Part shown: positions 21,824-32,456 of the stretch, piece by piece
Layout: every line of letters starts with the position of its first letter
Numbering within the stretch: the stretch's first letter is position 1
NCBI GenBank assembly: GCA_963710605.1
Contig: CAVQBA010000004.1
Span: 576,001-640,000 of the forward strand
Direction of reading: 5' to 3'
DNA from: an uncultured cyanobacterium
Lineage (GTDB): Bacteria; Cyanobacteriota; Cyanobacteriia; Cyanobacteriales; Cyanobacteriaceae
DNA length: 64,000 bases
Position numbers and translations under genes: made by a program
Notes under the pieces: model-generated
Told to the model about the DNA's origin: nothing
Database searches by the model: none
The model's input: only the letters and a program-made list of their open reading frames with translations

Positions 21824-22426
21824 ATGTATTGTTTGTATGATTTTTTACCATCAGGAAATGGCTATAAAGTTAGATTACTTTTAAACCAATTGCAAATACC
21901 TTTTGAGCGAATTGAACTTAATATTTTACAAGGAGAAACGAGAACACCAGAATTTTTAGCTAAAAACTCTAACGGTAAAATACCTGTTTTAGAAATTGCT
22001 CCCGATCGATATTTAGCTGAATCTAATGCGATTCTTTATTATCTAAGTCAAAATACTACTTATTTTCCTCAAGATAAATGGCATCAAGCAAAGGTAATGC
22101 AATGGTTATTTTTTGAACAATATAGTCACGAGCCTTATATTGCTACTTCTAGGTATTGGTTGAGTATCTTAAAACAACCAGAAAAATATCAATCTCAATT
22201 ACAAGCAAAACAAGCAGGAGGTTATCAGGCTTTGGAAGTGATGGAAAAACATCTGCAAATAAATACTTTTTTTGTTAACGAACAATATTCGATCGCCGAT
22301 ATTGCTTTATATGCTTATACTCACGTTGCTGAAGAAGGTGGTTTTAATTTACAAGAGTTTGGTGCGATTCGATCATGGTTTCAACGGATAGAAAGTCAAC
22401 CTAACTACATTCGTATTAATTATTGA
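21824..22426 (+). CDS. Glutathione S-transferase family protein
   Basis: SGNGYKV, GKIPVL, ESNAIL, SIADIALY. Confidence 0.9.
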   Translation: MYCLYDFLPSGNGYKVRLLLNQLQIPFERIELNILQGETRTPEFLAKNSNGKIPVLEIAPDRYLAESNAILYYLSQNTTYFPQDKWHQAKVMQWLFFEQYSHEPYIATSRYWLSILKQPEKYQSQLQAKQAGGYQALEVMEKHLQINTFFVNEQYSIADIALYAYTHVAEEGGFNLQEFGAIRSWFQRIESQPNYIRINY

Positions 22427-22609
22427 AATAGTACAAAAAAATTGTCTATTGACTGGTTTAAGGCTTTGAAAAAACAACTAATAGTTAAATTTTAGTACAC
22501 GAGTTTTGAAGAAAGTATTAGTTTCAGTGAACAACGAATAATGAACAGCTAACACCTAAAACAAATACACCTGTTACTCATTACTCATTACTTATTACTC
22601 ATTTATATT

Positions 22610-22963
22610 ATGCACGAAACAGATATGACCAAGGCTTTAATTGTGACGATTAAAGATTGGTATGAGTCGCAATCAACTAAATACAATATCGATAAAGTTC
22701 ATTTAATAGTAGGTGAATTTACTTGTGTCGAACCTGCTAGTTTAGAGTTTACTTTCGATGTTCAAACTCGCAATACTTTTTTAGAAGGAGCAAAATTAGT
22801 TATTAAAGATATACCTTTAGTTGCTTTTTGTCATCGTTGTAATCAAGAGTATAAACCTGAGGTTGGTTTGCAATATTCTTGTCCTGATTGTAATGCACCG
22901 ATGGAAGATATTGTCTCTGGTAGGGAATTAATAATCGATCGTCTCGAATATTCTCATCGCTGA
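22610..22963 (+). CDS. hypA: HypA-family Ni metallochaperone (GhaA-like)
   Basis: MHE start, two CxxC motifs, GREL. Confidence 0.9.
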   Translation: MHETDMTKALIVTIKDWYESQSTKYNIDKVHLIVGEFTCVEPASLEFTFDVQTRNTFLEGAKLVIKDIPLVAFCHRCNQEYKPEVGLQYSCPDCNAPMEDIVSGRELIIDRLEYSHR

Positions 22964-23053
22964 AAAAACTACTTGTTGATTGTGTAGTACTTACAAAGCC
23001 TTTTAATTTCTCTTAATTATTCATTATTCATTATTCATTATTAATTATCAATC

Positions 23054-23686
23054 ATGCACCAAACATTCGATGCCGCTTTAGAAATTAATTTACTTCATGC
23101 CAATCAAGAGGGGGCGAATCATAATCGATCGCATTTTGACGAGTGGGGTATTACTTGTTTTAACTTAATGAGTAGCCCAGGGGCGGGTAAAACAGCTTTA
23201 CTGGAAAAAACTTTAGCTCAATTAAATCAAGACTTGAAAATGTTAGTCATTGAAGGAGATATGACCACCGAATTAGATGCCGAGCGATTACGTAATTATG
23301 ATATACCAGTGATTGCAATTAATACAGGTCGATCGTGTCATTTAGATTCACGTATGGTTGCAGGAGGTTTTTTGTTTGAGGCTTTCTTAGGTACTAGTTA
23401 TGTTGGTGGGGTAATGTTAATTTCAATTATTGTCCTAATCTATACCGCTAGTGGTGGTTTATTTGCAGTTGCTTATACCGATGCGATTCAAGTTAGTATT
23501 GCTGTTTTGGCTACTATTTTTCTTTTTGGTTTTATTCTATTTAATTACGGTATCACAATTCCTGAAGGGTTAGGATCTTTTGATTTAGGGCAGTTAGCCG
23601 ATCCAGCTCAAGGTGCGGCTATCAATTGGGCAACTCTACTAGCTTTGGGTTTAGGGGATATTGTAGCGATTGATTTTAATGACTAA
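23054..23686 (+). pseudogene. Chimeric remnant: HypB/GhaB N-half fused to an internal sodium:solute symporter fragment
   Basis: SSPGAGKT and GRSCHLD, then an abrupt switch after MVAGG to hydrophobic [17 protein letters not shown]; no NKxD motif; ends at DIVAIDF. Confidence 0.8.
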
Positions 23687-23751
23687 GTCTCAAACCGAGT
23701 TAATTAGTGAATAAGTAATCAAAGGTGAGAAAAGGAGTTTGGAGTTGGTAA

Positions 23752-24333
23752 TTAAATTTGTTCGGCTTCAATCTGTTGTATAAATTCTGATTCGATGATT
23801 AAAGGGCTTTGGGTAAATCCTCGATTAACAAATTTTTCTAGTATTGTTGAGGTCAAAGTTAGTAAGAATAAACTACGATCGATTTCTATATATTGTTGAG
23901 TTTGTAGCTGATAAAAAGTTATTTTGTTACTCCGCCAAAACCAAACTTCTTTAACTCCGATGGTTTTATATTTATCAAGTTCGTCTAAACTACCACTAGA
24001 AAAAATTACTTCAGTAGCTAAGTCAGGAATATCTTTATCTATATTAAAGGTAAAACTCACATCAGGTTCTTTTCCTGCTAAGGGTTTATTTTCTAAACGA
24101 GTCGAACCCATGGGAAAATAAGGTAATTTAAACTTTCGACAATAGGCACATATCAAAATAGCAATAGTTTGGGCAATTCTTTCATGGTTTTTACTTGGTG
24201 AGACTAAAGTAATTACTCCATCAAAATAGGAAACTCTATAACCTAAATATTCTTCACTGTCAAATTTTGTATAGTCTTCCCAATTCATCCCCGCTAAACT
24301 AAAAGTTTGACTCTTGTTTTTGTAGGTAGTCAA
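23752..24333 (-). CDS. Uma2 (DUF820) family endonuclease
   Basis: PSKNHE, GSTRL, EPD, PDLATEV, GVKEVWFW. Confidence 0.88.
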   Translation of the reverse strand: MTTYKNKSQTFSLAGMNWEDYTKFDSEEYLGYRVSYFDGVITLVSPSKNHERIAQTIAILICAYCRKFKLPYFPMGSTRLENKPLAGKEPDVSFTFNIDKDIPDLATEVIFSSGSLDELDKYKTIGVKEVWFWRSNKITFYQLQTQQYIEIDRSLFLLTLTSTILEKFVNRGFTQSPLIIESEFIQQIEAEQI

Positions 24334-24600
24334 TACTGAAAGGAAATTTAGCTTTAATCAACATAATTTGAGCTTAGAAATTGGGCGTTTTTTTGGTTAA
24401 TTGAGAGCTTGTTTTGAGATATATTAATTACTATATATTAGAGAACGAGTTGGTTAGGATATTAAGTATTACCAAAACACTTATATATCATGAATAATCA
24501 AACCTTTGCCCTTTGCACGAGTGCTATATAATAGAAAACTCTTGTGCTTAAAACATTCAAAAAAAATTGAGAATTACTTTTCATTGTTCACTCTTAACTC

Positions 24601-25872
24601 TTAACTTTTAACTGTTAACTGTGAGATGACTTTCCCTTGTATTTCTTGGTTTAACCAATAAGTATTAGAAGATAAAGACTTTAACTGTGAAGGGGTTAGT
24701 TGCCATTTTTGTTGGGGGGAAAATAGAATAAAATCCGCTACATCCGCACCAACTTCTAATTTAATAGATGGTTGATTGAGACATTTTAAGGGTTTGATAC
24801 TCAGACTTTGCCATAACTGTAACGCTGACAAACTTTCGGTAGATACTAAATGTTGCCATAATAAGGGTAATGCTAATTCTAAACCGATCGAACCTGCGGG
24901 TGCTAGGGCAAAGGCGACAGTTTTTTCTTCGTAGGTGTAAGGTTGATGATCGATCGCGATCGCATCAATAATACCATTTTTAATTCCAGCTAATAAAGAT
25001 AATCGATCTTTTTCTCTACCTAAAGGTGGTTCAAATCGAAGGTTAGGGTTATAACTACAAGTAATCTCTTCGTTTAATAACAAATGATGCCAAGTTACAC
25101 TCGCAGTTACACTGATACCATTTTCTTTCGCTTGTTTGATTAATTCAACTCCTCTAGCAGTAGAAACACGCATCAAATGTATCGGTGTTTTGGTAAAAGA
25201 AGCAATTTCTAAGATAGAAGCAATGGCGACAGATTCAGCTATTTCAGGATTACCTTGTAAACCCAAGCTCAAAGAATTTTGACTTTCTCTGACTACACCA
25301 CAACTACTTAGTTCAAGATTGTTGGCAACTAAAGCAACAGGTAAATTAAATGGTTGAGCATATTCAAGTAACTTCCTGACTAACTGTAGATTTTGATGAG
25401 GGCAATTATCTGTAAAACCGACTACACCTGCTTCTGCTAATTGAGCTAATGGGGCTATTTTTTCTCCTGCCAAATTATGGGTTAAACTTCCCCAAACATC
25501 AAACTTAGTATCATAATTACGGGTTTGATTTTTCAGCCATGATACCATATTCAAATTATCGATCGTGGGATTGGTATTGGGTAATATACCTACTCGTTTA
25601 AACCCTCCTGCTTGTGCGACTTGAGCCAAACTTAATAGTGTCTCTCTTTCTTCGTAACCCGGCTCACCACTACTACTATACAAATCCACTAATGCAGGTG
25701 CAAAAACTAATTCTTCACCATCTATGATTTGAATTGACTTATTGTCTAACTCAATCTGTGGCTCAATTTGTTTAATTTTATTTTCTACGACTAATACATC
25801 CGTTACTTTATCTATTCCTAGCTCAGGATTTAAAATTCTGACTTGTCGCAAAAGTTGGTTTGTTTTCGTCAT
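24601..25872 (-). CDS. pyrC: Dihydroorotase-like amidohydrolase (cyanobacterial PyrC type)
   Basis: LVDLY, GEPGYEERET, IDAIAIDH, EEK; the metal-binding HxH is not evident. Confidence 0.75.
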   Translation of the reverse strand: MTKTNQLLRQVRILNPELGIDKVTDVLVVENKIKQIEPQIELDNKSIQIIDGEELVFAPALVDLYSSSGEPGYEERETLLSLAQVAQAGGFKRVGILPNTNPTIDNLNMVSWLKNQTRNYDTKFDVWGSLTHNLAGEKIAPLAQLAEAGVVGFTDNCPHQNLQLVRKLLEYAQPFNLPVALVANNLELSSCGVVRESQNSLSLGLQGNPEIAESVAIASILEIASFTKTPIHLMRVSTARGVELIKQAKENGISVTASVTWHHLLLNEEITCSYNPNLRFEPPLGREKDRLSLLAGIKNGIIDAIAIDHQPYTYEEKTVAFALAPAGSIGLELALPLLWQHLVSTESLSALQLWQSLSIKPLKCLNQPSIKLEVGADVADFILFSPQQKWQLTPSQLKSLSSNTYWLNQEIQGKVISQLTVKS

Positions 25873-26339
25873 TATTTTTTATCTGCTTAAATACAACTAC
25901 AAAAGTTTATCTCTAGATATAATTTGATTAAGGTAAACATTTGATACGCCTGAGTTACTATTTTACCCAACCATTGTCTTTATACTCGATCGAAGATTAA
26001 ATTTCTAGCTAGCTAAAACTTCTCCTCGCAATTCTTCTGAAGATTGTGCTTGACAACGGGCTTTTTTCGACTACACTAACGATCGCACTAGCTACATCTT
26101 GTTTTGATACTTTACTCGTAACTTGAATACTTTATAAGTTTGCTATTGACAAATTATTCAAATATTATAATACTTTGTATTTATTTTCGTTATTTAAATT
26201 ATTATTGGTTTATTTTATTGTTGAAATTTAGATACATTAATTGATAATTTTGATTCCTGACAAAACTTTGATCATGAAGTTACCCTTTCACATCTAGATC
26301 AATAATATCAAGCTCTAATTACTGTATAGATAATGAAAC

Positions 26340-27326
26340 TTATTTACTTAATTTAGACTTGATTTTTTTAACTATCTTATTTATATTTAACGGTTTATTT
26401 TTAATAATTATCGGTATATTAGCTGAGTAAGATTTTTGATGATCAAAAAATAAATTTATTTCCCTAATAATATGTTGCCAACGACTTTTAATTGAATCAA
26501 ATCTGTAGTTTTGTAAAATATTACTATAATCATTACTTTGCCAATTTTCAACAGTCGATAAAATTCTGTTTTGATCGTATTCTTGCGAATAAACCCGTAA
26601 TTTATGACAATTAAAACTAGGATCTAAATAATCGGATAAAGCATCATTTACGCTAGAAAAAATAGTACAACCACAAGCCATTGCTTCAATTGGAGGTAAA
26701 CCAAAACCTTCAGTTGCTTTAGATTGCACCCAATACTCGGTAGAATCATAAAGATATACTTTAGTTTGATTAAATAACGTGGCTAAATCATCTACCCAAT
26801 AATCGACCAATTCTAGGTTGCAATAAGGCTTTAACGCTGGTACTAATTGATTAATTAGGTATTGTGACGATTTACGTTTTTGGATTAAAACATCGATCGT
26901 TCTCGGTTGATGTAAATTAGTATATTGAGGCGAAATCTGGTTAGGTAAATGAAAAACTAAACAATTAGGTGCGTATCGTCCCCAATAAGCCTGTGAGTGC
27001 TTACTAACGCTAATAATCGGTACTTGTTCAGGAATTTGAAGCGAATAACCTGTACTATGAGAAAAATAAATCACCTGACGATTTTTTAGCTTTTTTAATA
27101 ACTTTTTTATATCAGGACCCCAATGAATAATATAGATATTGTCATCATCACTATTACCTTTAATTAAGTCATCTAAAAACAAAGTATCAACTTCTCTTTT
27201 GCGGTAACTTACAGGTTGAGCATTACCCACAGATTGAGCTATTTTCAAAAAATTAATTTGAGCAATATGTCCACCACTATTTATCTCCATTTCAGGAAAC
27301 AAAAAATACAAATCACGATCGAGCAT
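26340..27326 (-). CDS. GT4-like glycosyltransferase
   Basis: EGFGLPPIEAMACGC. Confidence 0.85.
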   Translation of the reverse strand: MLDRDLYFLFPEMEINSGGHIAQINFLKIAQSVGNAQPVSYRKREVDTLFLDDLIKGNSDDDNIYIIHWGPDIKKLLKKLKNRQVIYFSHSTGYSLQIPEQVPIISVSKHSQAYWGRYAPNCLVFHLPNQISPQYTNLHQPRTIDVLIQKRKSSQYLINQLVPALKPYCNLELVDYWVDDLATLFNQTKVYLYDSTEYWVQSKATEGFGLPPIEAMACGCTIFSSVNDALSDYLDPSFNCHKLRVYSQEYDQNRILSTVENWQSNDYSNILQNYRFDSIKSRWQHIIREINLFFDHQKSYSANIPIIIKNKPLNINKIVKKIKSKLSK

Positions 27327-27482
27327 AACAGATTAATTAATAATTAATAATCGGTAATTGATAATATATTTGACATCAACAGCTACCTAGTTATAACACT
27401 ATCAGAAGTCACCTCTTTTTTTTGATAAAGTATAAAAACAATCAAGAATATTCACAGACAAAAAACAAAAACTTAGTCTTTT

Positions 27483-28256
27483 TTATCGTGGAGGTTTAAT
27501 ATATTTTTTCACACCTAAATAATTAAGATAACGTTCGATCGCTTCGGTTGTATCTCCTTGAAAAACAATTTCACCTTGCTCTAACCAAATTGTACGATCG
27601 CAAAAATCTTCAACGTATTCTAAACTATGAGAAACAAATAGAATCGTACTACTTTTTTCCCACAACCGTTCGATTCTCGCTTTTGATTTATGAGTAAACC
27701 TCGCATCACCTACAGCCAATACCTCATCTAAAATCAAAATATCAGGTTCTGTATCCGTAGCTACAGCGAAACCCAAACGAGCCTTCATCCCTGAAGATAG
27801 AGACTTAACTGGCATATCCGCCGAGTCATTTAATTCAGCAAAATCTAAAATTTCATTAGTTCGAGTTAACATTTCCTTACGAGCATAACCGAGCAAAACA
27901 CCATAGAGAAGAATATTATCTCGTACAGACAACTCCATATTAAAACCCGCTCCTAACTCGATTAAGGGAGCGATATTACCTCGAACTCTCACACTACCAG
28001 TAGTCGGGTCTAATATACCACCAATTACCTTTAGCAAAGTAGATTTACCCGCACCATTTGAACCAATAATGCCAACTTTTTCACCCGAATTAACGACTAA
28101 ATTAAGATTTTTTAAAACTTGTTTTTTAATAGGTTGAGTATATCTTCCTTGTATCAAAGAAAAAAGTGTTTTTTTAAGATCGTAAGAAAACTCTTCTTGA
28201 GTTCTACGCCAAAGAGAAACATTATCTAGTCTAATTGCTTCGGGGGTCATTGTCAT
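27483..28256 (-). CDS. Polysaccharide ABC transporter ATP-binding subunit (Wzt/TagH-like)
   Basis: GSNGAGKST, LSSGMKARL, ILDEVLAVGD. Confidence 0.92.
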   Translation of the reverse strand: MTMTPEAIRLDNVSLWRRTQEEFSYDLKKTLFSLIQGRYTQPIKKQVLKNLNLVVNSGEKVGIIGSNGAGKSTLLKVIGGILDPTTGSVRVRGNIAPLIELGAGFNMELSVRDNILLYGVLLGYARKEMLTRTNEILDFAELNDSADMPVKSLSSGMKARLGFAVATDTEPDILILDEVLAVGDARFTHKSKARIERLWEKSSTILFVSHSLEYVEDFCDRTIWLEQGEIVFQGDTTEAIERYLNYLGVKKYIKPPR

Positions 28257-28417
28257 TAAAAATAAAAATCAGTTAAATACTTGGCTGTTCTAGTTTGAGT
28301 ATCATAAATGTTTTTGGGAAAATAGCAAAGATAAATTGATCGTACTTTCTCACTAATTTATTAAAAATTAGCCAATTACTCAATACTTAGTCTATCTAAA
28401 ATCTAGCTAATTAACGA

Positions 28418-29251
28418 TTATAGTAAATCCATAAAAGCTGATTGTACACTACGGAAAAATAACCATCCGATAGTGAAAAGAATCATACCACTACAAAAAC
28501 CATGAACTAAATAAACCGTTTCAGGAAATCTACCCTCCAAACTAATTTGACGAAAAAGCTCAATTACTGGTACTAAAGGATTTAAACCTAAGAAAGGTTG
28601 AACGCTTTTAGGTACAATTTCAGGGGGATAAAAAACAGGGCTGGTAATCCAAGCGACAAAAGTTGCTATTTCGTAAAAATAGCTCACATCTCGAAAGAAG
28701 ACATATAAAGCACTAACAAATAAGCTAACTCCGACACAAACTAAAACGAGAAAACTAAATGGAACTAATAATAAAAATACTAACATTAAGTTATGAGTTT
28801 TCATTAAAGTAACGATCGCTAACAAAGGAAATGAGCCTACCATAAACTGAAAAATATTCGCTCCAATCATCGATAGAGGAAAAACAGGAATAGGTAATCT
28901 AATTTTATTTAGTAAGCCTCCATTTTCGACAATACTAGTTAATGCTTGTGAGGTTGAAACATTAAAAAAATTAACAACTAATAAGCCTGTAAATGCCGCT
29001 AAAACATAGTCAGAGATTGAGTCATTATAATAAGAGGCAAAGGTTGTCCCAAAAATAACTGAATACAAAGCCGTCATAATAACGGGATTCAACAAAGACC
29101 AATATATGCCAAGAAACGAACCTCGATAACGCACTTTGAGATTTTGCGGGATTAAAACACAAAGCAACTCCCAATAACGCTCAAGATTCTGATTTCTGGG
29201 GGAATGCTCCGCTATTTCTAAAGTCTTTCTTCGAGCTATAATCATAAACAA
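28418..29251 (-). CDS. Polysaccharide ABC transporter permease (Wzm-like)
   Basis: RYRGSFLGIYWSLLNP, FRD, PVFYP, NP motifs. Confidence 0.92.
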   Translation of the reverse strand: MFMIIARRKTLEIAEHSPRNQNLERYWELLCVLIPQNLKVRYRGSFLGIYWSLLNPVIMTALYSVIFGTTFASYYNDSISDYVLAAFTGLLVVNFFNVSTSQALTSIVENGGLLNKIRLPIPVFPLSMIGANIFQFMVGSFPLLAIVTLMKTHNLMLVFLLLVPFSFLVLVCVGVSLFVSALYVFFRDVSYFYEIATFVAWITSPVFYPPEIVPKSVQPFLGLNPLVPVIELFRQISLEGRFPETVYLVHGFCSGMILFTIGWLFFRSVQSAFMDLL

Positions 29252-29718
29252 CTAGAAACTAAAATTCGTCATTGGCAATAAGAATAGATTTATTGTATCT
29301 CACACTAGCCTGTTTTAAATAAACTTTATTGAAGTGTGAAGAATAAATAGTTAATACTAATCACATAGCAACCTTTTAAATCAATCTTGGAAGTTTCAAC
29401 CACACCTAAGCTTTTCTTGATCACTCAAATTCATTTTTTTGACTAGAATGATTGGTTCAAATAAATAACAGATAAAGTAAATATTAATATTGAAAATAGT
29501 TAAGAATTAAAAATCGGTGATCAAACAGATTTGCTTATTAATTATTGAAAAATTACTTATTTTTAATAAAGTAACAAATGTACTTAGGTATCTTTATTTT
29601 GTTACCCTAATAAAACAAAACGAAATATTAAAACAACTAGTAGTTTTTGAGATTAAATAAGTTTGAGAAAACAAATCGGCGTACTAATTAATTGGTATAA
29701 CTTTGGGTATAACTGAGT

Positions 29719-29763
29719 ATCATACTTTAGGTAGATAAAAAAAATAGATATAGTTGTCAAGAT
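29719..29763 (+). promoter_or_regulatory. Putative activator box ATCATACTTTAGGTAGAT plus -10-like CAAGAT upstream of dps
   Basis: Same 18-bp pattern and 21-nt spacer as upstream of mscS (37127..37171). Confidence 0.45.
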
Positions 29764-29795
29764 AGTAGTCGTAAAGATAAATATAAAGCAATTTT

Positions 29796-30323
29796 ATGGC
29801 AAATATTAATATAGGTTTAAAAGAAGAAGAAATAAAAGGAGTTGTCGAATTACTCAATCAACAGTTAGCTGACTTTTATTTATTACAAATAAAAACTAAA
29901 AAGTATCATTGGGATGTAGTAGGACCACAATTTTTAACTCTTCATAAAATTTGGGAAGAACATTACGAAGCTTTTGCGATGAATATCGATGCGATCGCTG
30001 AAAGAATTAGAACATTAGGTAAATATCCTATTGGTACTGCAGAACTATTCGTTAAATATTCTTCGATCGAAGAACATTCTGGTGATTTACCTAATGCAAC
30101 ACAAATGGTAGAGCGTTTAATTTGTGATCACGAAACAATTATTCGTAATCTTCGTCAACATATCGACTCTTGTAGCGAAAAATACCATGATGAAGGTACT
30201 GCTGATTTTCTGATTCATTTAATGACTCAACTAGAAGAAATGTCTTGGATGTTACGCTCTTTCTTAGGTGGCGAAGGAGTAAAGCCTTCAGGTGAAAGAG
30301 AAAAAGAATTAATTACTCGCTAA
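29796..30323 (+). CDS. dps: Dps family DNA starvation/stationary phase protection protein
   Basis: HWDVVGPQFLTLH, DAIAERIRTLG, WMLRS. Confidence 0.92.
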   Translation: MANINIGLKEEEIKGVVELLNQQLADFYLLQIKTKKYHWDVVGPQFLTLHKIWEEHYEAFAMNIDAIAERIRTLGKYPIGTAELFVKYSSIEEHSGDLPNATQMVERLICDHETIIRNLRQHIDSCSEKYHDEGTADFLIHLMTQLEEMSWMLRSFLGGEGVKPSGEREKELITR

Positions 30324-30382
30324 GCGACTGTTATTTATCAAACAAATAATAATATAAACGAAATTAATCAGGAGGACAAACT

Positions 30383-31156
30383 ATGACACAAATACAAGTA
30401 ACCGAAAAAACTATTAGTTGTATTTTTCAAGAAGAAGCTCAAGCAAAAAATTTAATTGAACGCTTAATCGATCGAGGAATATCAAGAGAAAACATCTCTG
30501 TAATGGGTAAAAATTTTGAATCCCAAACACGTATTGCGGGATTCATTACCAAAAAAGATGTAATTCTAGGTGGTTTAAGACAAGGTGCTATCTTTGGCTC
30601 TTTATTCGGTAGTTTACTTAGTCTATTAACAGGGGTAGGAGTTTTATTCATTCCTTTTGTTGGTTCAGTAGTAGCCGCAGGACCACTCAGCTCTATTTTA
30701 TTAGGTGCAGCTACAGGTGCGTTAGCAGGTGGTGCAGGAGCAGGTTTAGCTTCTGCTTTAACTACATTAGGAATGTCTAAAGACAAAGCCGCTGTTTACG
30801 AAACACGAGTTAAAGCTGGTGAATTTTTATGTTTGGTAGAAGTACCAGCCGAAAAATCAGGCGAATATAGATTACTCGTCGAAAGTGCAGGTGGTGAAGA
30901 AATTCACGTGAGCGAAACTACTTTACCTCGTCCTTGTGATGGCAAATGCAATAGTGCTGAAGACTTAATTCCTCAAGTACGTAACCACTTAAGCGAAAAA
31001 GCTCAACAAACTTTTATTGACGAATACAATAAGGTATTAGAAGATACTAATGATCAAGGATTAGCTGAAGAAGAAGCATGGCAAAAAATCCATAGTCAAT
31101 ACGAAGAAGACGAAAGTGGTATCTGGTTTAAGGAAAAAACAGCTACTTCTGTCTAA
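30383..31156 (+). CDS. General-stress-type membrane protein with C-terminal ChaB-like domain
   Basis: Gly/Ala-rich hairpin [14 protein letters not shown]-terminal [10 protein letters not shown]...AW motif. Confidence 0.7.
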   Translation: MTQIQVTEKTISCIFQEEAQAKNLIERLIDRGISRENISVMGKNFESQTRIAGFITKKDVILGGLRQGAIFGSLFGSLLSLLTGVGVLFIPFVGSVVAAGPLSSILLGAATGALAGGAGAGLASALTTLGMSKDKAAVYETRVKAGEFLCLVEVPAEKSGEYRLLVESAGGEEIHVSETTLPRPCDGKCNSAEDLIPQVRNHLSEKAQQTFIDEYNKVLEDTNDQGLAEEEAWQKIHSQYEEDESGIWFKEKTATSV

Positions 31157-31334
31157 ACTTAATTGGTATTGTTTATCCTCAGCATGGAGTGATAAGTATT
31201 TACAATTTAGAAAATTATTAATTATCTCGATTTACTTTAAATTAATAAAACATAAGTATTCGTAAAAAGAATTTGTTCATTGTTCATCACTTGATAACTT
31301 CATCCTGAGGTTAATCCTACAAAAATTAATTTAG

Positions 31335-32327
31335 ATGCAGAAAAATTGGGAGTTTGTCCGAAAATTTAAGTTAGGCGTTATGCCTATCTTAAAACTTAGA
31401 AAATCTTTGATGGATGATTCTAAGTTAACGCAGAACTACTTAGTTTTAAGTGTAAGTTCTTGCCTATTAGCTAGTTTTGGTCTTCTGATTAATAGTGCGG
31501 CAGTTATTATCGGGGCGATGATTGTTGCCCCTTTAATGTTACCTTTAAGAGGTTTATCCTTTGCTACTTTAGAGGGCGATTTGCCTTTATTAAAAAGAAG
31601 TTCACTTTCTATAGTTATTGGGACGGCTTTAATCATCTTTTGCTCAATGATGGTTGGTATGGTTATGGGTTTACCAGAAACGGGAGAGGAAATTCTTTCT
31701 CGAACTCAACCAACTGTAATTGATTTGTTGATTGCAATTATTGCTGGGGGAATAAGTGGCTATTCTAAAATTCGACCCGGAATAGGAGATGCGATACCGG
31801 GAACGGCAATTGCAGTAGCATTAGTTCCCCCAATTTGTGTAGTTGGCTTGGCAATTTCTCAAAGTGAGTGGCAAATAGCAACAGGTGCGAGCTTGCTTTA
31901 TGTAACTAACCTGATTGGGATTAATTTAGCCTGTTTAATTATTTATGTATTAGGGGGTTATACCAGAACAAATGAAACGGCAAGAACTTTATCTTGGGGT
32001 ATTACAAGTGTTCTGATCGTTCTTTTAGTTATACCTTTAGGTATCAGTTTTTGGCAATTAGTTAGCAAATCACGAATTGATGATTCAATTGAAAAAATAC
32101 TCAGAAAACGCTCTTCAGTTGATCGTCGTGATGTTCAAATTGTTGATACAGAAGTTGATTGGAGTAAAGAGCCACCCGAAATTATAGTTCAAGTAAAAGC
32201 GATCGACCCCATTACTACCAATGAAGTGAGAATAGTAGAGCAATCTCTAGAGTCAGAATTAGATAGGACTTTTACAGTTATATTTGATGTCACTCCTAAT
32301 ACCCTAGTAAAATCTGGCTATGACTAA
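31335..32327 (+). CDS. DUF389 membrane protein
   Basis: AVIIGAMIVAPLM, SRTQP, GTAIAVALVPP. Confidence 0.85.
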   Translation: MQKNWEFVRKFKLGVMPILKLRKSLMDDSKLTQNYLVLSVSSCLLASFGLLINSAAVIIGAMIVAPLMLPLRGLSFATLEGDLPLLKRSSLSIVIGTALIIFCSMMVGMVMGLPETGEEILSRTQPTVIDLLIAIIAGGISGYSKIRPGIGDAIPGTAIAVALVPPICVVGLAISQSEWQIATGASLLYVTNLIGINLACLIIYVLGGYTRTNETARTLSWGITSVLIVLLVIPLGISFWQLVSKSRIDDSIEKILRKRSSVDRRDVQIVDTEVDWSKEPPEIIVQVKAIDPITTNEVRIVEQSLESELDRTFTVIFDVTPNTLVKSGYD

Positions 32328-32456
32328 TTTTTAAAATTTTTAAATATATATTTTTAACTAATTTCAATAAACAAATATGATAAGCAAGTCATATCGATAA
32401 TTATTACTAATTTTATTTAACATCAAACTATTTATCGAGCTATGTAACTTGAGATA

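Noticed and set aside
20351-23686. Agmatinase plus hydrogenase maturation locus
   Set aside because: Guanidine-I riboswitch and gene order fit gdmH/ghaAB better; no hydrogenase genes nearby
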